From Gemmatimonadota bacterium (GTDB lineage Bacteria > Gemmatimonadota > Gemmatimonadetes > Palauibacterales > Palauibacteraceae): a stretch of DNA of 54,649 bases. The number at the start of each line of letters is the position of its first letter. The stretch's first letter is position 1. This document shows, piece by piece, positions 43,855 through 53,011 of this stretch. The notes beneath the pieces were generated by a model that was not told the origin of the DNA, ran no database searches, and saw only the letters and a list, made by a program, of their open reading frames with translations. Made by a program: the position numbers and the translations under genes. The stretch spans positions 1-54,649 of the forward strand of contig JBDHFW010000001.1 of the NCBI GenBank assembly GCA_039590175.1, written 5' to 3'.

Positions 43855-44157
43855 ATGAAGAACTACGTGGCCTACTGCGCCGCTTGTGACTGCGAGGTTC
43901 TCGTGAAGGTGGACCCCGGAGCCGAGCGTGATATGGACATGTCGAATGTCACCTGCCTGGAGAAGGTCGACTCCTGCGATGCCGTGGAGTGTCCGCTGAT
44001 GGGCGCCAGCGGCGAGGAGCTGCTCGAGCGCCTGGAGTTCCTACCTTTGGAGCTGCACGGAAAAGAGCCTCGGACGCTGGACGAGTCGGAGGAGTTGGTC
44101 CAAAAGGCCCGGATCTCGGCGCTCAGGAGAGGCACCGGACGCCAGCACGAGGGCTAG
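43855..44157 (+). CDS. Small Cys-rich hypothetical protein (100 aa)
   Basis: A strong GAGGAGG SD lies 5 nt upstream of the ATG. CAACDC...C...C..x4..C pattern and an acidic C-terminal half. No family recognised. Confidence 0.5.
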   Translation: MKNYVAYCAACDCEVLVKVDPGAERDMDMSNVTCLEKVDSCDAVECPLMGASGEELLERLEFLPLELHGKEPRTLDESEELVQKARISALRRGTGRQHEG

Positions 44158-44891
44158 GTTCCGCTCTCGGACGCGATCAGGGATTCCACGAGACGCTTCC
44201 GAAACCGGGTGCCGGGCGCGTAGAAGCTCGGGATGCTCGCCCGCCGTCCCTCCGCGCCTTCCGCCACCTCGTCCATCAGAACCCGGCCGTCTACCGTTCG
44301 GTAGATCGTCCGTAGGCGGTCCCCGTCGATGCGGAAGATGATCTCGTCTCCCTTCTTGGCACCGGTCTCTTCCAGAAAGCCGAACCAGAGCGGAACGTTC
44401 TCCGAGAACTCGTCGAAGAACTCCTGTGTGATGAAACCGGCCTCGGCCGCCTTCCTGCCCGTGTCTCGCATGCCGCCCGTCAAGCGGCCCAGGCTCACGT
44501 CGCGGTGGAACACCTGTCGGGCCCACGCGTCGTCGACATCCAGCATCACGGCGGCGACCGAATCTGCGAGTTCCTCGCTGTAGGGTCGCCCTTCGGCAAG
44601 CGACCTCAAGCGCTCGGCCGTTGCCGCGTTCACTCGAACCGTCAGCGTGAGGACGTCGATCTTGAATATGGTGACCTCGAGAAGCGTGGACATCTCGGAG
44701 AACGGGCCTTCGGCCAACCCTGACGGGTCGAAAGGATCTTCGCCCTCCGCCGCCGCCGCTGCGGCGGCCCGCGGCGCTGCCAGAGGCTGGGCCTGCCCCT
44801 CGGAAGCGATCGTGATTGTCGACAGAGCCGCCATCACCAGGCCGAGATACGCGACCAGATGTGTGCTTCGCGAAAGCCAGCGGCTCACCAC
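44154..44891 (-). CDS. Secreted hypothetical protein (245 aa)
   Basis: Signal peptide ...ALSTITIASEGQAQ and an Ala-rich linker. Coding-like composition. The 3' end overlaps the convergent small ORF by 4 nt. Divergent from crtY. Confidence 0.5.
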   Translation of the reverse strand: MVSRWLSRSTHLVAYLGLVMAALSTITIASEGQAQPLAAPRAAAAAAAEGEDPFDPSGLAEGPFSEMSTLLEVTIFKIDVLTLTVRVNAATAERLRSLAEGRPYSEELADSVAAVMLDVDDAWARQVFHRDVSLGRLTGGMRDTGRKAAEAGFITQEFFDEFSENVPLWFGFLEETGAKKGDEIIFRIDGDRLRTIYRTVDGRVLMDEVAEGAEGRRASIPSFYAPGTRFRKRLVESLIASESGT

Positions 44892-45010
44892 GTGCCCCTC
44901 GTCGTTTGGTTCGGCATCCGTATCTCCTTGTTAAGCGAACATGTCTCCCCGAAGGTAACCCTTCTTCGCAAGCGGTTGGTTCCGAACCCACCAGTCGCCA
45001 TCATCTTCGG

Positions 45011-46159
45011 ATGGCGGAGTTCGACTATGTCTTGGTTGGCGGCGGCCTCCAGAACGGCCTGATCGTCGCGGCGCTCCGGAAGCGGCAGCCGGCGAGCCGG
45101 ATTGCTCTGATCGAGCGTGAGAGTGCTCTCGGCGGGAACCACACCTGGTGCTTTCACGAGGAGGATGCCAGCCCCGATTCCCGTGCCTGGCTGGAGCCGC
45201 TCGTCGTGCACACGTGGCCCGGCTATCGGGTCGTCTTCCCGAATCTGCGGCGGACGATCGAAGGCCGGTACTCGGCCGTCACCAGCGAGCGCTTGGATGA
45301 GGTTGTGTCCGCCGCCGTGCGGAGCGGACCAGGTTCGAAACTGTTCCTCAACGCCGAGGCATTCGACGTCGGCCCACACGTCGTTACCCTGGGATCAGGG
45401 GAGCGTCTGGAGGGCACGGTCGTCGTCGACTCGCGGGGTCCGCCGCCCCCCTCACGCCCGGCCGTCGCGGGCTATCAGAAGTTCCTCGGTCTGGAGCTGG
45501 AGTTGGCCCGGCCGCACGATCTGGATCGTCCCGTCTTGATGGACGCGACGGTCGACCAATCGGAGGGCTACAGGTTCTTCTACGTGCTCCCGCTGAGCCC
45601 TTCGCGGCTGCTCGTCGAAGACACCTACTTCCACGACCGGCCCTCTTTGGCTCCGGTCGAGCTGCGCCGCCGGATTCTCGACTACGTTGCTTCGGAGGGT
45701 TGGGACGTCGCACGCATCGGGAGAGAAGAGGCCGGCGTGCTGCCGATGCCGTGGGCCTCCGCCTTCGAGCGGCCGGCCTCGGGTCCTCTGGTGGCCGGGT
45801 ACCGGGGCGGCTGGTTCCATCCTGGCACCGGCTATTCCTTCCCCGTCGCCGCGCGCCTGGCAGAGTTCGTCGCGCGCCGCCCGCCGAACGCGCTGTTCGG
45901 CCGGGAGCTCAGACGATTCGCCGGCCGGCACCTCCGACAGGTGTTGGTAACGCAGCTGCTCAATCGATCCCTGTTCCGCTGGTTCGCACCTCCATCGCGG
46001 ATCTGGGTGTTCGAGCGCTTCTATCGCCTGCCGGCGACGACGATTGGAAACTTCTATGCACTGCGGCTAGGTTGGCGCGATTGTCTTCGGCTGGTCTCAG
46101 GACGGCCGCCTCGCGGCCTTTCGATGCGCTACCGCCTCAGATACGGGGCCCACCGATGA
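45011..46159 (+). CDS. crtY: Lycopene beta-cyclase (bacterial CrtY type)
   Basis: DYVLVGGGLQNGL, GGNHTWCFH, MDATVDQSEGYRFFYVLPLSPSRLLVEDTYF, FHPGTGYSFP and FERFYRLP are collinear with Pantoea CrtY. Confidence 0.9.
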   Translation: MAEFDYVLVGGGLQNGLIVAALRKRQPASRIALIERESALGGNHTWCFHEEDASPDSRAWLEPLVVHTWPGYRVVFPNLRRTIEGRYSAVTSERLDEVVSAAVRSGPGSKLFLNAEAFDVGPHVVTLGSGERLEGTVVVDSRGPPPPSRPAVAGYQKFLGLELELARPHDLDRPVLMDATVDQSEGYRFFYVLPLSPSRLLVEDTYFHDRPSLAPVELRRRILDYVASEGWDVARIGREEAGVLPMPWASAFERPASGPLVAGYRGGWFHPGTGYSFPVAARLAEFVARRPPNALFGRELRRFAGRHLRQVLVTQLLNRSLFRWFAPPSRIWVFERFYRLPATTIGNFYALRLGWRDCLRLVSGRPPRGLSMRYRLRYGAHR

Positions 46160-47184
46160 GCTATACCGCCAGATTGCTGGAGCCGGACGCGGGCTTGGCT
46201 TCGTCCCTCGCCGCGCTCCTGGAGGAGCTACCCGCCTCGCTGGAGGCCGAGGAGACGTTCGATCCATGTTTTTGGGATTCGGCTCTGCTGGAGCCTGCCC
46301 GGGACATCCTCGGACGCGCGGGCAAGGGCCTTCGAGCCCGGCTGCTCGAGTGCTCCTGGCATCTGGCTGGCGGCGGACCCGACGGTCCGCCGGAGATGCT
46401 GCCGGTCATGATCGAGTTGCTGCACGTCGGCTCGCTGGTGATCGACGACATCGAGGACGACTCCCCGATGCGACGCGGAGAGCCGGCCCTCCATCGCCGC
46501 TACGGGCTGCCCTTGGCGCTGAACACGGGCAATTGGCTCTACTTTTTGCCCCTCGCGTTGCTCTCGCGCCTCCCCATGTCCGACGAGCTCCGGCTGGCCC
46601 TGTACGAGGCCATCAGCCTTGCCCTGCTTCGCTGTCATCAGGGTCAGGCCCTGGATCTGTCGGTGCGCGTCACATCCGTCCGAAAGGCCGACGTTTCCGC
46701 ACTCGTGGCCGGCACGACTCGCATGAAGACGGGATCCCTCATGCGTCTCGGGGCGACCCTCGGCGCGCGAGCGGCAGGCGGATCACCCGAGAGGATCGAC
46801 GCGATCGGTCGATTCGGCGCGGAGCTCGGGGTCGGGCTGCAGATGCTGGATGACTGGAGCGGAATCGGAGTCGATGGACGCCGAGAGAAGGGCATCGAGG
46901 ACATCAAGCTGGCTCGCCTGACTTGGCCGTGGGCCTGGCTGGGTGAGGAGAGCGACGAGCTGAGCTACGCAGAGCTCATTCGACAGGTGCGGGGACTCAC
47001 CATCGACTGGGAGGCGGAGCGGGTCCTGGAGCGGATGCGGACGATCCTCGCGCCGATCGCGGGCAAGAAGATACGGACGTACCTCGACATGGCGCTGGAA
47101 GGCCTGCAGGATGAGTTTGGCGAGTGTGACCAGCTGGAGGCCATCCGCCAGGACGTCGACAGGCTGGAGCGGGCGTTCGGCTGA
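46156..47184 (+). CDS. crtE: Polyprenyl (geranylgeranyl) diphosphate synthase
   Basis: First Asp-rich motif LVIDDIEDDSPMRRG. Second motif region GLQMLDDWSG (degenerate). ATGA overlap with the crtY stop. Confidence 0.75.
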   Translation: MSYTARLLEPDAGLASSLAALLEELPASLEAEETFDPCFWDSALLEPARDILGRAGKGLRARLLECSWHLAGGGPDGPPEMLPVMIELLHVGSLVIDDIEDDSPMRRGEPALHRRYGLPLALNTGNWLYFLPLALLSRLPMSDELRLALYEAISLALLRCHQGQALDLSVRVTSVRKADVSALVAGTTRMKTGSLMRLGATLGARAAGGSPERIDAIGRFGAELGVGLQMLDDWSGIGVDGRREKGIEDIKLARLTWPWAWLGEESDELSYAELIRQVRGLTIDWEAERVLERMRTILAPIAGKKIRTYLDMALEGLQDEFGECDQLEAIRQDVDRLERAFG

Positions 47185-47185
47185 T

Positions 47186-48682
47186 ATGAGCGCCCCACGC
47201 GCGGCCGTCGTCGGGAGCGGCTTCGGAGGCCTGGCCGTCGCCGTGCGGCTTCAGAGCGCCGGCTTCGAGACGACCCTGTTCGAGGCCAGGGACCGACCGG
47301 GCGGCCGGGCCTACGTATACGAGCAGGACGGCTTCATCTTCGACGGCGGACCCACCGTCATCACGGCCCCGCACGTGTTCGAGGAACTGTTCGAGGAGGC
47401 GGGACGCAGCCTCGGCGACTACGTGGATCTCATGCGGGTCGAGCCCTTCTACCGGCTGCACTGGGAGGATGGGGTTCGCTTCGACTACGCCGGCGACACC
47501 GAGTCCATGGTGGCCCAGATCCGGGCTCGCAATCCGGCGGATGTCGAGGGCTACCTGGCCTTCGTGGAGTACGCCAGCCGGGTGTTCCAGGCCGGGTATG
47601 CCGAGCTCGCTTCCACCCCGTTTCTGCGTTTCTCCGACATGGTGCGCGTCGCTCCCGACCTCATCCGCCTGCGAGCGGATCGGTCGGTCTACGCGACGGT
47701 GAGCCGATTCGTCGAGGATGAGCACGTGCGGCAAGCGCTCAGCTTCCACTCCCTTCTGGTGGGCGGAAATCCGTTCGAAACCAGCTCCATCTACGTCCTT
47801 ATCCACTACCTGGAGCGAGAATGGGGCGTTCTCTTCCCGCGTGGCGGCACGGGCGCTCTCGTGCAGGCGCTCGTTACCCTGTTCCAGGAGCTCGGCGGTG
47901 AGATCCGCTTGAGCACGCCCGTGGAGCGGATAGATCTCGACCGCACCAACGGAAGGGCCACACATCGGATCTCGACCGCACCGGTCGAGGACGAGCCCTT
48001 CGACCTCGTCGTCTCGAACGCCGATCTGCACTACACGTACGGGAGGTTGTTCCGCTCCGTCCCAGAGGCCGCGCCCATGCGCCGGCGGCTGGAGCGGATG
48101 GAGTGGTCGATGTCCCTGTTCGTGCTTTACTTCGGAACCGACCGTCGCTACGACGAGACGGTCGCACACCACACGATTCTGTTCGGGCGCCGCTTCCGGG
48201 AACTGCTGGACGACATCTTTCACGGGGATCGGTTGCCGGAAGACTTCAGCCTGTATCTGCACGCGCCCACCGTCACCGACCCGTCTCTCGCTCCGCCCGG
48301 CTGCGAGGCGTTTTACGTCCTTGCCCCCGTCCCGCACCTGGGCAACGCGCGCATCGATTGGGCCTCGGCCGCCGAAGGGTACGCCGATCGGATCTTCGAG
48401 TACCTGGAGCGCTATCTGCCGGACCTCAGGAGGCACCTCATCACGAAGCGCTGGCTCACGCCCTCCGACTTCGAAAGCGTGCTCAACTCTTATCACGGTT
48501 CCGCCTTCTCTTGCGCTCCCAAGCTCTCACAGAGCGCCTGGTTCCGGCCGCACAATCGCGATGACCGCATCCCCGGGCTCTACCTTGTTGGCGCCGGTAC
48601 GCACCCCGGCGCGGGCGTGCCGGGCGTGATGAACTCGGCGAAGGCGACCGCGGGGCTCGTCGTCGAGGACTTTCTGAATTGA
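47186..48682 (+). CDS. crtI: Phytoene desaturase
   Basis: AAVVGSGFGGLA FAD fingerprint, FDGGPTVIT, and C-terminal LYLVGAGTHPGAGVPGV. Confidence 0.9.
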   Translation: MSAPRAAVVGSGFGGLAVAVRLQSAGFETTLFEARDRPGGRAYVYEQDGFIFDGGPTVITAPHVFEELFEEAGRSLGDYVDLMRVEPFYRLHWEDGVRFDYAGDTESMVAQIRARNPADVEGYLAFVEYASRVFQAGYAELASTPFLRFSDMVRVAPDLIRLRADRSVYATVSRFVEDEHVRQALSFHSLLVGGNPFETSSIYVLIHYLEREWGVLFPRGGTGALVQALVTLFQELGGEIRLSTPVERIDLDRTNGRATHRISTAPVEDEPFDLVVSNADLHYTYGRLFRSVPEAAPMRRRLERMEWSMSLFVLYFGTDRRYDETVAHHTILFGRRFRELLDDIFHGDRLPEDFSLYLHAPTVTDPSLAPPGCEAFYVLAPVPHLGNARIDWASAAEGYADRIFEYLERYLPDLRRHLITKRWLTPSDFESVLNSYHGSAFSCAPKLSQSAWFRPHNRDDRIPGLYLVGAGTHPGAGVPGVMNSAKATAGLVVEDFLN

Positions 48683-49626
48683 ACGAGGCGATCAGGTCCT
48701 GCTACGACGTCATTCGGGTTCACGCGAAGAGCTTCTCGCTTGCGTCCCGTCTGCTCCCGCGCGAGGCAAGGGACCGCGCCGTGGCCGTCTACGCCTGGTG
48801 TCGACGGGCCGACGACGCGGTCGATCTACCCGGAGCGGAGGGTCGGAAGGCTGCCCTGGGCGCTCTAAGGGTCGAGCTGGAGGAGATCTACGCCGGCCGC
48901 GTGCTTCGCGAGCCTGCGCTGCAGGCGTTCCAACACACCGCGCAAGATCGCGGCATCCCGAAGAGGTATCCCGAGGATCTGCTGGAGGGAATGGAGATGG
49001 ACGTGATGGGGCAGCGGTACGAGACGAAGAAAGAGTTGCTTCATTACTGCTACTGCGTGGCCGGCAGCGTCGGCCTGATGATGTGTCACGTCATGGGCGT
49101 CAAGGACGAGGCGGCCATGCGTAACGCGGCCCACATGGGCATGGCGATGCAGCTCACGAACATCTGCCGCGACGTGGATGAAGACTGGAACCTCGGTCGG
49201 CTCTACATTCCCGAATCCGTTCTCGCCCTATGCGGCTTCCCGAACCTGGCCGGCGAGCTGGGGCGTCCGTTCCCCGAGTCCGCCAGATATCCCGTAGCGC
49301 AGGCGATCGGGCGACTTCTGGACGACGCCGACCGCTACTATGCCTCCGGCGACAAGGGATTGCCGGCACTCTCCTGGAGATGCGCCATGGCGATTCGGAC
49401 GGCCCGAACCGTCTATTCCTCCATCGGCAGCCGGGTTCGCCGGGCCGATTGCGATCCTCTGGCCGGCCGCGCCTACGTTCCGCTGCCGCACAAGTTGGCC
49501 CTGGCGATGCTTTCGGTGGCCACTTCGAGCGCCGACCTGCCTCTCAGGGCCATGCGCCTCGAGGTGGGGGGAGCGTCCACACCGGCTCGCCTGGTGAGCT
49601 TCCCCGAGGATGTCCTTCCCGTCTGA
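48679..49626 (+). CDS. crtB: Phytoene synthase
   Basis: KSFSLASRLLP, YAWCRRADDAVD and MQLTNICRDVDEDWNLGRLYIP. TTG start in a TTGA overlap with the crtI stop. Confidence 0.9.
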   Translation: MNEAIRSCYDVIRVHAKSFSLASRLLPREARDRAVAVYAWCRRADDAVDLPGAEGRKAALGALRVELEEIYAGRVLREPALQAFQHTAQDRGIPKRYPEDLLEGMEMDVMGQRYETKKELLHYCYCVAGSVGLMMCHVMGVKDEAAMRNAAHMGMAMQLTNICRDVDEDWNLGRLYIPESVLALCGFPNLAGELGRPFPESARYPVAQAIGRLLDDADRYYASGDKGLPALSWRCAMAIRTARTVYSSIGSRVRRADCDPLAGRAYVPLPHKLALAMLSVATSSADLPLRAMRLEVGGASTPARLVSFPEDVLPV

Positions 49627-50356
49627 AGAGACAATGAGGCCCGCAGACGGAGGCTTGGCCTCACGGAAGAGCCGGATAGCCTCCGACTTCGACCGCGTCG
49701 CGCGAGGCTATGATCTGCTCAACGCACTCAACCCGGGATACTCGAAGCACCTCCGCTGGAGCGCCGATCGCCTGGGTCTCGAGGCCGACGCCCGCATCCT
49801 CGATCTTTGCTGCGGAACGGGGCTCTCGACGGCAGCGCTGCGTGCGGCCTATCCGGAGGCCGAGCTCACCGGAATGGATGCGTCGGCCGGCATGCTGGCG
49901 CGAGCGCGGGAGAAGCCCAGCCTGGAGGGCGTACGATGGCTGCAGGGCGATGCGATGGATCCCGGCGCGGCAGGGGCGGCAGGACCGTACGACGGAATCC
50001 TGATGGCGTATGGAATCCGGAACGTCCCCGACCCGGATCTCTGCCTGCAGCGGGTCGGTGCTTTGCTGACGGAAGGCGGAGTTCTATGTCTGCACGAGTA
50101 TTCGGTCGCCGAATCATCCCGGTCGCGTCTGACCTGGAAGATCGTGACGACCGGCATCGTCATTCCGCTCGGTTTTCTGCTCACGCGCACGACGTCCATC
50201 TTCCGCTACCTGCGTCGAAGCGTTCTCGAGTTCGATTCGGTGACCGAGCTGGAGGAACGGCTCCGCAAGGCCGGCTTCGTCGACGTGCGGACTGAACCGG
50301 TGGACGGCTGGCAGCGCGGAGTCGTGCACAGCTTTCTGGCTCGGAGACACCCCTGA
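49610..50356 (+). CDS. Class I SAM-dependent methyltransferase (UbiE/CrtT-like) within the carotenoid operon
   Basis: SAM motif I ILDLCCGTGLST and post-I MDASAGML. ATG 49610 overlaps crtB by 17 nt; ATG 49634 is the alternative. Confidence 0.75.
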   Translation: MSFPSEETMRPADGGLASRKSRIASDFDRVARGYDLLNALNPGYSKHLRWSADRLGLEADARILDLCCGTGLSTAALRAAYPEAELTGMDASAGMLARAREKPSLEGVRWLQGDAMDPGAAGAAGPYDGILMAYGIRNVPDPDLCLQRVGALLTEGGVLCLHEYSVAESSRSRLTWKIVTTGIVIPLGFLLTRTTSIFRYLRRSVLEFDSVTELEERLRKAGFVDVRTEPVDGWQRGVVHSFLARRHP

Positions 50357-51855
50357 TGGCAAGAGGCTCGAGGGAGGTCCACCTACCACTTGCCACCGGC
50401 CATCGCGCCGCTCCCGATGGAAGATCCGCGGTCGTGGCCGGTGGCGGTCTGGCCGGCGTGGCAGCCGCGACCGTGCTGGCCGAGCGGGGCGTCGAAGTGA
50501 CGCTGGTCGAGAAGGAGAGCTACCTGGGGGGACGCGCCGGAGCATGGAACGAGCGCCTGTCCAGCGGAGAGTCGTTCGAGATGGAGAGAGGCTTCCACGC
50601 TTTCTTTCGGCAGTACTACAATCTTCGCTCTCTGCTCCGCAGGATCGACCCGGAACTGGAACTGCTCGCTCCCCTGGAGGATTACCCGATACTGGGGCCG
50701 GACGGGGAGGTGCAGAGCTTCCGCGGTCTTCCCAGCCGTACGCCGTTCAACGTGATCTCGCTGACTGCCAGGTCACCGGCTCTGGGCCTTGCCGACCTCG
50801 TTCGTGTCAACGGCCGCCGCGCGCTCGAGATGCTCGCCTACGACGCGGAGCGAACGTACGGCAGGCGCGATGGCATGAGCGCGGGCGAATACCTGGACTC
50901 GCTGAGCTTTCCGCCACGGGCACGGCGCCTCCTGTTCGACGTGTTTTCCCACTCGTTCTTCAATCCTGAGGGCGAGATGTCGGCGGGCGAGCTGCTGATG
51001 ATGTTCCACTTCTATTTCACCGGGAATCCGGAGGGGCTCGTCTTCGATGTGGCCCGCCGCCCGTTCTCCCGCTCGATCTGGGATCCCTTCGGACGCTACC
51101 TGGAGAGCCTCGGAGTAAGCGTTCAGACCGGCACGAGCGCACGGGCGATACGCCGCTTGGAGGGCGGGCGCTGGGGGGTGATGACCGGTCGCGGCGCGTT
51201 CAAGGCGGACGGCCTCGTACTCGCGGTGACGGTGCCCGCCCTCAAGAACCTGGTTGCCGAATCTCCGGACCTGGACGAGCCGGCGTGGCGGAGAGGCATC
51301 GAGGGGCTCGAGCTCACGAACCCCTTCGCCGTGTGGCGCCTGTGGATGGACCGACCGACGGAGCGGGGGCGGGCGCCCTTCGTCGGCACGACCGGACTCG
51401 GGCCGCTCGACAACATCTCGCTCTATCATCTGTTCGAGGACGAGAGCAGGGAGTGGTACGAGAGGCACGGCGGCGCGATCGTCGAGCTGCACGCGTACGC
51501 GGTCGAGGCTGGGGCAGACGACGAGGAGCTGCGAGCGCAGCTGCTCGGCGCCCTGCACGAGCTGTATCCGGAAACGCGGAACGCCCGCATCCTCGAGGAG
51601 CGTTACCTGGTACGACAGGACTGCCCGGCGTTCGCGCCGGGATCCTACGCAACCCGCCCGCGGGTCGAGACGCCCTTCGAAGGAGTGACGGTGGCGGGAG
51701 ACTTCGTGAAGCTGCCGATTCCGAGCGCGCTGATGGAGCGCGCCGTTGCTTCCGGCTTCCTGGCGGCGAACTATCTCCTCGCCCGCGATCGGGTGCGGTC
51801 CGAAGCCATCCGCTCGGTTCCGCCTCGCGGTCTGCTGGCAGGAGTACCTTTTTAG
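50356..51855 (+). CDS. FAD-dependent amine-oxidase/PDS-like oxidoreductase, possibly a CrtU/CruE-type carotene desaturase
   Basis: VVAGGGLAGVAAATVLAERGVEVTLVEKESYLGGRAG, and ERGFHAFFRQYYNL (equivalent to the GLHIFFGAYPN region of PDS-type enzymes). TGATG overlap with the methyltransferase stop. The specific function is inferred from context. Confidence 0.6.
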   Translation: MARGSREVHLPLATGHRAAPDGRSAVVAGGGLAGVAAATVLAERGVEVTLVEKESYLGGRAGAWNERLSSGESFEMERGFHAFFRQYYNLRSLLRRIDPELELLAPLEDYPILGPDGEVQSFRGLPSRTPFNVISLTARSPALGLADLVRVNGRRALEMLAYDAERTYGRRDGMSAGEYLDSLSFPPRARRLLFDVFSHSFFNPEGEMSAGELLMMFHFYFTGNPEGLVFDVARRPFSRSIWDPFGRYLESLGVSVQTGTSARAIRRLEGGRWGVMTGRGAFKADGLVLAVTVPALKNLVAESPDLDEPAWRRGIEGLELTNPFAVWRLWMDRPTERGRAPFVGTTGLGPLDNISLYHLFEDESREWYERHGGAIVELHAYAVEAGADDEELRAQLLGALHELYPETRNARILEERYLVRQDCPAFAPGSYATRPRVETPFEGVTVAGDFVKLPIPSALMERAVASGFLAANYLLARDRVRSEAIRSVPPRGLLAGVPF

Positions 51856-51864
51856 CGCCCCTCA

Positions 51865-52989
51865 TTGGCGACCCTTTTACAGCGTCTGGGTGACATGAGC
51901 GAGCCAAAGTTCATCAACATCGGAAGAAAGCTGCCCCCGGCCGAACCGATCTCCGAGGTTCCGGACTGGCAGCAGGCACAGCCCGCCTGGATCGAAAACG
52001 CGCTGCAGCACGCGATATCGCTTCCTTCGGGTGGCTGGTACGTCGTCGACGGCTCTCGGGCCATCGGAGAGAGCCCGAGATGCTACCGGATCGCCGGTGA
52101 GGACTACGTGGTTTGGCGGTCGGAGGGGGGTCCGGTCGTCGCTCCGGACAGCTGTCCCCACATGGGTGCCAGGCTCTCCGATGGCTTCTTCCGCGACGGC
52201 TGCGTTGTGTGCCCGTGGCACGGGTTGGCGCTCGGCAACGAGGCACACGGGGCCTGGCGACCTCTTTCGGTGTTCGACGATGGGGTCCTGCTCTGGGTGC
52301 GGCCCGAGTCCGGCGAGGAGGTGACCCCCGAGCCGATCCTGACGCCGCGTCCCGAACGTTACTTCGACGCCGTCATGCGCCTCGAGGCGCGCTGCGATGC
52401 GCGCGATGTGATCGCCAACCGTCTCGATCCGTGGCACGGCGTGCACTTTCATCCACACTCCTTCGGCCGCCTTAAGGTGATCGAGCGCGATGAGACGACG
52501 ATTACCGTCCGGGTCGTCTATCGCATCGGGAAGAGGCTTGGCATGGAGGTGGATGCCATGTTCCACTGCCCCGAGCCGCGCACGATCGTCATGACGATCA
52601 TCCGCGGCGAAGGGGTGGGCTCGGTCGTGGAGACCCACGCGACGCCGATCGAGCCGGGTCGCTCGGCGGTCATCGAGGCGACGCTGGCCGCCTCCGATCG
52701 TCCGCAGTTCCACACCTTCTTCAGAGCCTTCGGGGGTCTGATGCGCCCGATGGTGGAGAAACGGGCGAGGCGCCTGTGGGTCGAGGATGGAGCCTATGCG
52801 GAGCGGCGCTACGAGCTGCGCCGGAACGGGCCCTCAACCGTCGGGAGGGCAGTCCCTCAGGATCTTCTCGACCGCGCCGGATCTGCTCGCTTGAGCGTTG
52901 TTCAGACTATCCAGGACGCCCATTATGCGCGTTCACGTCTGCTGATACACGTGCATGATGAAAACCGAGGGGTGGACCGTGCCACGTAG
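51865..52989 (+). CDS. Rieske [2Fe-2S] domain protein (oxygenase-like) in the carotenoid operon
   Basis: Rieske ligands CPHMGARL...x17...CPWHG. The C-terminal domain is not recognised. TTG 51865 or ATG 51895 as start. Confidence 0.7.
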   Translation: MATLLQRLGDMSEPKFINIGRKLPPAEPISEVPDWQQAQPAWIENALQHAISLPSGGWYVVDGSRAIGESPRCYRIAGEDYVVWRSEGGPVVAPDSCPHMGARLSDGFFRDGCVVCPWHGLALGNEAHGAWRPLSVFDDGVLLWVRPESGEEVTPEPILTPRPERYFDAVMRLEARCDARDVIANRLDPWHGVHFHPHSFGRLKVIERDETTITVRVVYRIGKRLGMEVDAMFHCPEPRTIVMTIIRGEGVGSVVETHATPIEPGRSAVIEATLAASDRPQFHTFFRAFGGLMRPMVEKRARRLWVEDGAYAERRYELRRNGPSTVGRAVPQDLLDRAGSARLSVVQTIQDAHYARSRLLIHVHDENRGVDRAT

Positions 52990-53011
52990 CTTCCGACAGG
53001 TCTTCTGACAG

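Noticed and set aside
44978-44988. The palindrome GGTTC-C-GAACC, plus a related TGGTTCGG about 70 nt upstream, in the crtY promoter region. It was considered as a light or redox regulator site.
   Set aside because: There are only 5+5 bp, with no match to the PpsR/CrtJ TGT-N12-ACA pattern or to CarH-type repeats. It is too short to separate from chance.
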